A stretch of DNA of 64,000 nucleotides from Bacteroidota bacterium (lineage in GTDB: Bacteria > Bacteroidota > Bacteroidia > Bacteroidales > WCHB1-69), in contig JBAXTE010000009.1 of NCBI GenBank assembly GCA_037130365.1, forward strand, positions 4,452 through 68,451, read 5' to 3'. The position numbers and the translations under genes were made by a program. Position 1 is the stretch's first letter; each line of letters opens with the position of its first letter. The notes under the pieces are model-generated. The model was not told the origin of the DNA. It saw nothing but the letters and a program-made list of their open reading frames with translations, and searched no databases. Below, piece by piece: positions 19,637-25,797 of the stretch.

Positions 19637-20620
19637 ATGCTAAGATTTAACCGTTATCTAAGCGATGATGCTTTTAAATTCCTGAAAAATAAAGGGTCGT
19701 GGATAATCCCCGAAATAATAAATGCTAGGCCATTTAATTGCGCTTTTGCTTTTGATATTCAAATTAGGGAAAACGATTATTTGATGGTTTATGTAGGAAC
19801 CACAAGTGTTCTTAAGATTCAATTAGGTGCAGATTTTGTAAATTTCTCAGCACATAAAACTTATAAGGATAGTTTCCTGAAAAAATACTTATTTACTGAT
19901 TTGCCTTATGGTGAAATCAGTAATTACCTTGGTCGGATTCTTCCAAAAGTGGATTCAAGATATTTTGAAAATCACAAAGAAGGCTATTATCAAAATTACT
20001 TATGTTATCATTTGGGGGAAGTTGCAAGCAAAGATTCTCCATTTATTATTTTTGATAGAGAATGTGTTTTAGGTTTCGATAATAGCAATGAAAAAATAAA
20101 TCATCTGACACCATTGAAAAATAAATATGAACAAATTAGAACCGATTTACAAGAAAATAATTCAAAAAGATGGGGTATGCCAAAGTTAAAATCACTGGGA
20201 GACGAGTTGGATATGTTGGCCATTGATAATAATTGCAATCTCATTTGTATAGAATTAAAACATTCATTAAATGGTTCTGGTATTTATTGGACTCCGCTTC
20301 AAGTTTCATTATATCGAGACGCATTTGAAAGTGCTAACAATCAAGTTGTTTTTGATAGCATTAAGAAAATAATCTCTCAAAAAGCAGAATTAGGACTTTT
20401 ACCTGATTGTGTAAATAGTATCATGGATAAAAACAATTCATTCAATAAAATCATTTCACTTGTTGCAGTAGGAGGAGAGGTGAACAAAAAAATGAGTTGT
20501 TGGAGTAAATTTGAAGAAGTATGTGCTAAAAGTCCAAAAGATTTACAAAACCAAATATTTGTTTTCAATGAGAATAATTTAGGTAATTACATGTCAGTAA
20601 TTAGTGGAGTATTGGGCTAA
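19637..20620 (+). CDS. Hypothetical protein with a PD-(D/E)xK nuclease-like core (Shedu/NucS-style D...hhhhELK pattern)
   Basis: 327 aa. GDELDMLAIDNNCNLICIELKHS matches the D-x(8-13)-E-x-K pattern with a preceding beta-strand-like stretch. This is the last gene of the co-directional cluster. Confidence 0.45.
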   Translation: MLRFNRYLSDDAFKFLKNKGSWIIPEIINARPFNCAFAFDIQIRENDYLMVYVGTTSVLKIQLGADFVNFSAHKTYKDSFLKKYLFTDLPYGEISNYLGRILPKVDSRYFENHKEGYYQNYLCYHLGEVASKDSPFIIFDRECVLGFDNSNEKINHLTPLKNKYEQIRTDLQENNSKRWGMPKLKSLGDELDMLAIDNNCNLICIELKHSLNGSGIYWTPLQVSLYRDAFESANNQVVFDSIKKIISQKAELGLLPDCVNSIMDKNNSFNKIISLVAVGGEVNKKMSCWSKFEEVCAKSPKDLQNQIFVFNENNLGNYMSVISGVLG

Positions 20621-21645
20621 TACGCCATAACTTAAAACAAGCAGAAAATTCATAGGTAGAAAGTAACTAACAATAATGGAAGCACGAGTAAAATTTTAGC
20701 ATTCCCTCCCACAAACCAAAAGCAGGTAATAAATCGTCCTCTGCCTCCGAAAATCAGCACCAGCCTGCAAAATCCCCGCCCTTCACTTAAAATGAAGCGT
20801 TCAGGGCTTGCTTGGTCTTTTCCAGGCTTCCCCACAGCATCCCACAGTTGTTTTTTTCTGTCACACTTCTTGCAAAATTATCCCACATGGCACATTGCTT
20901 TCCCGAAAAAAGCAATAAGCCAACCATCCCACAAAAGCAAAAAGGCGCTACATTCCAACCACCACCACCATTCCGCTTGTGCCAGAAATAAAACAACCCA
21001 AAGCTAAATAACATAATGTGGCATTATAGTATATTCCCGATGGGCTCCACTACGTTACGGGGTTGCCACCCAATATCCTATAAAAACATTATATTAAATA
21101 GCCGCACAGGCATCCCACAGTTCCCACTCCGTTGCCACAAATCCCCACCGCCCATTTATAAGGTGTAGGGTAAGTAAAGCATAAAATTTTATGGCAAAGT
21201 GCTTAAAAGCAGGTTCATTCGCTCTCACTACGTTACGTTTCGGACACTCCGTTCATTTCGCTTTGCTACAATCACTACATTATCCTTCACTACACTTTGC
21301 ATTCGTTCATTTCTCCAGCGCAGCACCGCACAGCAAAAGTGCCTCACTCATTCCACTCCACAATCAAAACCAACAAATCTTTCACTACGCATCTACAGGC
21401 ATAATTTAAACATTTTTAAATAAACAAAATTCTATAAAGCAAATTATACCTGACAGTTGCTACGTTCAAACCTTAAATCAATTGTTTCGTTACATTCAAT
21501 CACCACCCTTGCTCATCCATCCCACATATAACAAGGTATGCTTTACTTCCCCCACTAAGTATTTGTCCCCTTTATGCTCATAATACCTCTCATAATTTAG
21601 GTACAGTTATTGTTTATTTAAGCTATTGAAATTCAATTTTAAACT
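20621..21645. other. ORF-free, C-rich (plus strand) region of about 1 kb with recurring short motifs; candidate structured ncRNA, protein-binding array or decayed foreign DNA
   Basis: No ORF exceeds 75 aa in any frame, even though the region is visibly less AT-rich than its surroundings. ATCCCACA occurs five times (20839, 20880, 20926, 21112, 21519). CACAG(G)CATCCCACAGTT occurs twice (20833, 21105). CACTACGTTACG occurs twice (21048, 21226). CGTTCATTTC occurs twice (21250, 21304). TCACTAC occurs four times. Confidence 0.6.
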
Positions 21646-22182
21646 ATGAAAAAAATCACACCAATCATTATCCTATTACTTTTTTCTTTTAAAAGTTATA
21701 GTCAAGATTTAAATAATTCAAACCTTATTAAAGAGTCTCGTAAATTATATATTGACAGTCTTTTAAGTATTTATAAAGGCAATATTAAAGACCCGATAAT
21801 TCTATATTCTAATGAACTTCCAAATAATTATACTCTTCCTCCTTCAAATATTTTAAATTTAGAGGCAAACTGGTACAGCTATTATAGTACATGTAAACAA
21901 AGAACAAAAATCAATACTAATTACAAAGTAGAAGAAATTTCAGACACAACTATTATAATTGGATTCTATTTAGTTAGGGAATATAGAAAACACTTTTTAT
22001 TTTTATTTCCGACAAAAGGCTCAATAATCAGACCTTTAAATTATTCAAAAAACAACTATAATGATTTTTGTGAAAAAAATTATTATATGCAATTCTATTA
22101 TAAATACGATTGTATAAATCATAAATGGATATTAGTTCCTGAACATTCATTTCGTAATTATCCAAAAGTTTTTGAAATTTAG
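21646..22182 (+). CDS. Secreted hypothetical protein
   Basis: 178 aa with an N-terminal signal peptide (MKKITPIIILLLFSFKSYSQ). I recognise no motif in it. Confidence 0.7.
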   Translation: MKKITPIIILLLFSFKSYSQDLNNSNLIKESRKLYIDSLLSIYKGNIKDPIILYSNELPNNYTLPPSNILNLEANWYSYYSTCKQRTKINTNYKVEEISDTTIIIGFYLVREYRKHFLFLFPTKGSIIRPLNYSKNNYNDFCEKNYYMQFYYKYDCINHKWILVPEHSFRNYPKVFEI

Positions 22183-22262
22183 AGCCTTATTATAGATAAA
22201 AAAACAAAAAGCAAGCAAAGATAGGTTGGCTTTCCCCAAGTATATCAAAACTCTCATTATAA

Positions 22263-22355
22263 GGCTATCAAGGTCGTGGCACTTCGTGTTTTGCAATATA
22301 AATCTCCAGTCAGCCAAAGGCTGATAGTATTTATATCGCAAAAACCTTGACAGCC
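22263..22355. other. Long nested imperfect hairpin in an intergenic region
   Basis: There are three coaxial stems. The outer stem is GGCTATCAAGGT (22263-22274) with ACCTTGACAGCC (22344-22355), 12 bp with 1 mismatch. The middle stem is TTGCAATATAAAT (22291-22303) with ATTTATATCGCAA (22329-22341), 13 bp with 1 mismatch. The apical stem is TCAGCC-AAA-GGCTGA (22310-22324). Confidence 0.6.
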
Positions 22356-22467
22356 TACTACGCCACCCTTTTAGATGGCTTTCTTTTTCTTTTTTTTTAG
22401 TTTTTTCATTTTTCTTTGTTAAATTTTGATGTGAGCGTAGCGAAGCTAATTTTTTAAAGCTCGCATT

Positions 22468-22890
22468 ATGGAAACGTTACAAATCAAATCGCACAAAATC
22501 GGCAGAGAATACACACAGCCACATTTTTTCATCCTTAACAAAGGAAACAATAGCGGAAAACCATTAAATCAACCATGCCCGAATTGCTTTGTCTGCATCA
22601 CAAACACTTCAAACGACAGAGAACAATTATATTGGCTTTTATATGGCTTATGGCGTTCAAACTCCTTTTATCAATACCTTAGAGGTTCTGTTATTCCTTT
22701 TATCGTGGTAAGGGACTTAAAATCGTGTATTATCAGCGCCAATTCAATTGCTGCAATAAATCAGGATGATTTTAATAAATCCGTGTCAACCCTTCGCACT
22801 CTTGAGAATCTGGAAGCTACCTACAAAAAGAACCTTCAACTAATCGACCAAGCAAAAAAAGCAGTTTTTAAAATATTTTCGCCTCATTAA
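22468..22890 (+). CDS. Hypothetical protein; weak resemblance to a solitary HsdS-type half (one TRD plus conserved helix)
   Basis: 140 aa. The C-terminal FNKSVSTLRTLENLEATYKKNLQLIDQAKKAVFKIF resembles the conserved helical spacer of S subunits. The resemblance is judged by eye only. Confidence 0.3.
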   Translation: METLQIKSHKIGREYTQPHFFILNKGNNSGKPLNQPCPNCFVCITNTSNDREQLYWLLYGLWRSNSFYQYLRGSVIPFIVVRDLKSCIISANSIAAINQDDFNKSVSTLRTLENLEATYKKNLQLIDQAKKAVFKIFSPH

Positions 22891-22958
22891 GTCCGTATCA
22901 AGTCCGTTTTTATTTTTTTATACTATTTAATAATATAACCAATTAAAAAACAAATATT

Positions 22959-23609
22959 ATGGGAAAATTAAAAAATGGAATTTTGGGAATCACAGTAGGA
23001 AAAGTGGGTAATGTGGTCGGTTCTAAATGGAAAAACATAAATACTGTACGTATTTATCAACCACAAATCTATAATCCTCGAACAGTTTCACAAACTGCTC
23101 AACGTAGCAAATTCAGCACTACAGTAGCTTTTGTAAGACAAGTATTACCACTTATAAACGAGATTTATGCTGGTAGTTTAACAAAAATGTCACCTTTCAA
23201 CAAGGTAACAAGTCTTATCGTGAAAAATGCTTTTGTTGGTGAACCTCCAGTTCTTGACCAAACATTAGTAAAACTTGGAGATATTGAAGGAAGTGAAGTT
23301 TTAAATGTAGTTAACACTGGAGTTCCTGACCAAATTATGAAAATAACTTGGGAACCTAACTCGATTATCCAAGCTGAACTTGATTCAAAATTATCCTTTG
23401 TGTTAATCAACTGTGTTACAAACAAAGCGATGATTTTCAGTGAAGTTGCTGCACGTTCTGAAGGTTCAACCCAAATCACAGCTCCCCGCAGTTGGGCTGA
23501 TTGTGATTCAGCACTTCATGTTATTACTACTGATTATAGCAATCCTGTTAAACCAAAAAAAGTAGTTAAATTCTGCCCTGGAAACGAACTTTCTGGACAC
23601 ATTAAATAG
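22959..23609 (+). CDS. Conserved-looking hypothetical protein (Bacteroidota-type, function unknown)
   Basis: 216 aa. The N-terminus MGKLKNGILGITVGKVGNVVGSKWKNINTVRIY looks like a family of uncharacterised Bacteroidota proteins that I recall only vaguely. It is followed by a strong terminator. Confidence 0.6.
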   Translation: MGKLKNGILGITVGKVGNVVGSKWKNINTVRIYQPQIYNPRTVSQTAQRSKFSTTVAFVRQVLPLINEIYAGSLTKMSPFNKVTSLIVKNAFVGEPPVLDQTLVKLGDIEGSEVLNVVNTGVPDQIMKITWEPNSIIQAELDSKLSFVLINCVTNKAMIFSEVAARSEGSTQITAPRSWADCDSALHVITTDYSNPVKPKKVVKFCPGNELSGHIK

Positions 23610-23626
23610 TTTATCTTTTTTATTTT

Positions 23627-23661
23627 AAGGCTAGTATTTTAATTAATACTAGCCTTTTTTT
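23627..23661 (+). terminator. Rho-independent terminator
   Basis: AAGGCTAGTATT / AATACTAGCCTT 12-bp stem followed by a T-run. Confidence 0.8.
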
Positions 23662-23827
23662 GTCCTAATATATACTAGTTAGAGTATTACTCTGTATTAC
23701 TTATCATATTACTAATTAACTCTTATATTAGAATAAATATTTTCTACAATATGGTCTTCTTTTAAAAACTGAGCTAAATCAATGAAAGACAAGTAATCTT
23801 CAACAAAACGGTTAGATATTGGGACAC

Positions 23828-23839
23828 TTCCCGCTACAA
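23828..23839 (+). repeat. Right copy of the island direct repeat (attR core candidate; displaced tRNA 3' end)
   Basis: TTCCCGCTACAA is identical to 4401-4412 and is followed by the terminator hairpin at 23842-23870. Confidence 0.75.
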
Positions 23840-23841
23840 AG

Positions 23842-23870
23842 AAAAAGCGACTTTATTGAGTCGCTTTTTT
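23842..23870 (+). terminator. Hairpin/T-run after the displaced tRNA 3' end (probable native tRNA-Met terminator)
   Basis: GCGACT-TTATTG-AGTCGC stem-loop flanked by an A-run and a T-run, starting 3 nt after the right direct repeat. Confidence 0.7.
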
Positions 23871-23904
23871 CGTATCGAAGTTTTTTAAATTATTGTATTC
23901 TGAG

Positions 23905-23920
23905 GAGCGTCGGATTCATA
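23905..23920 (+). repeat. Isolated copy of the tRNA-Met anticodon-arm segment, 65 bp outside the island's right repeat
   Basis: GAGCGTCGGATTCATA is an exact match to 4358-4373. The downstream sequence (TCCGTATATGC...) shows no continuation of the tRNA. Confidence 0.7.
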
Positions 23921-24106
23921 TCCGTATATGCTAAAATATTAGGCTCATTTAAGATAAAAATTAAAAATTTTCACCTTTTGAATTTAACCTATTTTTCCCT
24001 ACCTTTGGCTAAACAATTATGATTTAAATCTTCGTAATCAAGATTCATTGTATATTTCAATTTTAAAAAAGTAATTACACCCAAAACATCTGATAGAAAA
24101 AATAAC

Positions 24107-24943
24107 ATGACAAAAGAAATAGCAATAAAACTTTTTGAACAAACGCAAGTAAGAACGCTTTGGGATGACGAACATGAAAAATGGTATTTTTCAATTGTTG
24201 ATGTAATAGGCATTTTAACCGAAAGCATCGACTCATCAGCATATTGGCGTAAGCTAAAACAAAGACTAAAAGAAGAAGGAAATGAAACCGTGACGAATTG
24301 TCACGGTTTGAAAATGCTTGCCACGGATGGCAAAATGCGATTAACAGATGTTGCAGATACAGAACAACTTTTTCGGTTAATCCAATCAATTCCATCGCCC
24401 AAAGCCGAACCATTTAAACTATGGATTGCAAAAGTTGCACGTGAACGAATAGATGAAATTGAAGACCCCGAAATAGGGATTGACAGATTGATGGAGACCT
24501 ATTTTAGAAAAGGATATAGCAAAGAGTGGATAAATCAACGAATAAAAAGCATTGAAATCAGAAAAGAATTAACCGATGAATGGGAAAACCGTGGTGTAAA
24601 AAAAGGGCAGGAGTTCGCAATACTTACCGATGAAATCACTAAAGCATGGAGTGAATTAACTACAAAACAGTATAAATTACACAAGAACCTTAAAAAGGAA
24701 AATCTACGAGACCACATGACTAATCTTGAATTGGTTCTCAATATGCTTGCAGAAGCATCTACTACTGAAATATCTAAGGATAAACAACCAAAAACATTTA
24801 GCGAAAATAGAGAAGTTGCCCAAAAAGGAGGAAAAGTTGCAAAAGCAGCCCGTTTGCAATTAGAAAGTACTACAGGCAAAAAAGTAGTTTCTAAACTAAA
24901 TGCAAAAGATTTATCACAAATCGAACGAAAACGAATTAAATAA
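24107..24943 (+). CDS. Bro-N domain / DinD-like (phage antirepressor-type) protein
   Basis: 278 aa. The N-terminus (FEQTQVRTLWDDEHEKWYFSIVDVIGILTES...) fits the Bro-N pattern. The C-terminal half (RKELTDEW...LHKNLKKENLRDHMTNLELVLNMLAEAST) resembles the DNA-damage-inducible DinD family. Confidence 0.65.
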   Translation: MTKEIAIKLFEQTQVRTLWDDEHEKWYFSIVDVIGILTESIDSSAYWRKLKQRLKEEGNETVTNCHGLKMLATDGKMRLTDVADTEQLFRLIQSIPSPKAEPFKLWIAKVARERIDEIEDPEIGIDRLMETYFRKGYSKEWINQRIKSIEIRKELTDEWENRGVKKGQEFAILTDEITKAWSELTTKQYKLHKNLKKENLRDHMTNLELVLNMLAEASTTEISKDKQPKTFSENREVAQKGGKVAKAARLQLESTTGKKVVSKLNAKDLSQIERKRIK

Positions 24944-25001
24944 ACGGTTCTTAAATAAACAATCAAATAATTCTTTGATATTTCTAGATTAGAGTTCCAT
25001 T

Positions 25002-25637
25002 TTAAGGCTTGTATCCAACCGTTTGAGCTAAAATAATTACTTCATCTGCTGTTAATTCCATTGTTTTAGCTAGTTCATCAACATCCAAATAGCGACGGGT
25101 TACTGTGTTCATCCCAACGGAAGCACAATAAAGATAGATGTTTTGTGAAACCGATCCTGCATGAATTCCTGCATAAAGCATTTTATCTTCTTTTGAAGCG
25201 GTTTTCAGCTTCGAAAAATTGGAAACAATCACAATATTTAATGCTGCTTTGTCCACAAAATCTTGTTTCCCAGTGTTTTTCATATAATCACCTGATTTTC
25301 GGAATTTCAAGATGTTTTCTTTTGACTCATAAAGATATATTCCCGAGCGAGTTACAACAAATAAATCAATATCTTGCCAATTGCGAGCAGTAGCAGCAGT
25401 GCGTTTGCCTGATTCTGGTCTATTGATGCCATTTGCAGCCCATAATAAATCTGAAAGCTCCTGCAATGTGAGCTCTTTTGTAGAAAATTCTCGAGCACTA
25501 GATCGAGCATTCAATGATTCCATTAACGGCTTTCCTCCAGTTTTTATAGGAGCTGGCAACAATATATCTTTGCTGTTTTGAGCATTTGAAAGTGTTGGCG
25601 TGATGATAATCAACATTAAAAAGGTAAACTGTTTCAT
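25002..25637 (-). CDS. Nitroreductase-family protein with signal peptide
   Basis: 211 aa with the signal peptide MKQFTFLMLIIITPTLSNAQ. The nitroreductase-like core includes RSSAREF...LSDLLWAANGINR... Confidence 0.7.
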   Translation of the reverse strand: MKQFTFLMLIIITPTLSNAQNSKDILLPAPIKTGGKPLMESLNARSSAREFSTKELTLQELSDLLWAANGINRPESGKRTAATARNWQDIDLFVVTRSGIYLYESKENILKFRKSGDYMKNTGKQDFVDKAALNIVIVSNFSKLKTASKEDKMLYAGIHAGSVSQNIYLYCASVGMNTVTRRYLDVDELAKTMELTADEVIILAQTVGYKP

Positions 25638-25797
25638 TTTGTATATTATTAGTATTTAATCTTTGAATTCAGAAATCAAATGTAGCTCTTTTTTTAAATA
25701 ATTCAGTTATCGTTCAAAAAAATGAAGATTAAACTTAATTTTTTATATTTTTGTAGTCAATAATATTTCATCAGTATATTTATTTAAGTTGTTCATT

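Larger units (their letters stand above)
4401..23839. mobile_element. Integrative genomic (defence) island inserted at the 3' end of tRNA-Met
   Basis: The 12-bp exact direct repeat TTCCCGCTACAA occurs at 4401-4412 (tRNA 3' end) and at 23828-23839. The right copy is followed by its own hairpin/T-run terminator, as expected for the displaced native tRNA end. A large serine recombinase gene abuts the left junction. The cargo is R-M plus uncharacterised nuclease/ATPase-like genes. Confidence 0.8.

Noticed and set aside
21048-21237. Whether the CACTACGTTACG repeats could be inverted-repeat targets of a Bacteroides-type DNA invertase, that is, an invertible promoter.
   Set aside because: The copies are direct rather than inverted, and they do not match the invertase IR consensus as I remember it. 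The only recombinase nearby is the large serine integrase, about 15 kb away.
20650-21423. Five short track ORFs (60-75 aa, both strands) inside the C-rich region.
   Set aside because: They overlap each other and their low-complexity translations do not look protein-like (e.g. HHHHSACARNKTTQS, GGGGWNVAPF). They are a by-product of the reduced AT content. The region is treated as non-coding.
20621-21645. Whether this region could be a retron msr/msd, a DGR template region or a group II intron.
   Set aside because: There is no reverse transcriptase ORF anywhere in the window and no recognisable intron domain V-like hairpin. The region is kept as an unexplained non-coding region instead.
23819-24413. 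Track ORFs 23819..24022 (+), 23989..24228 (-) and 24075..24413 (-).
   Set aside because: The first spans the att repeat, a terminator and the tRNA fragment. The other two are antisense to, or overlap, the well-supported Bro-N gene and have implausible sequences.
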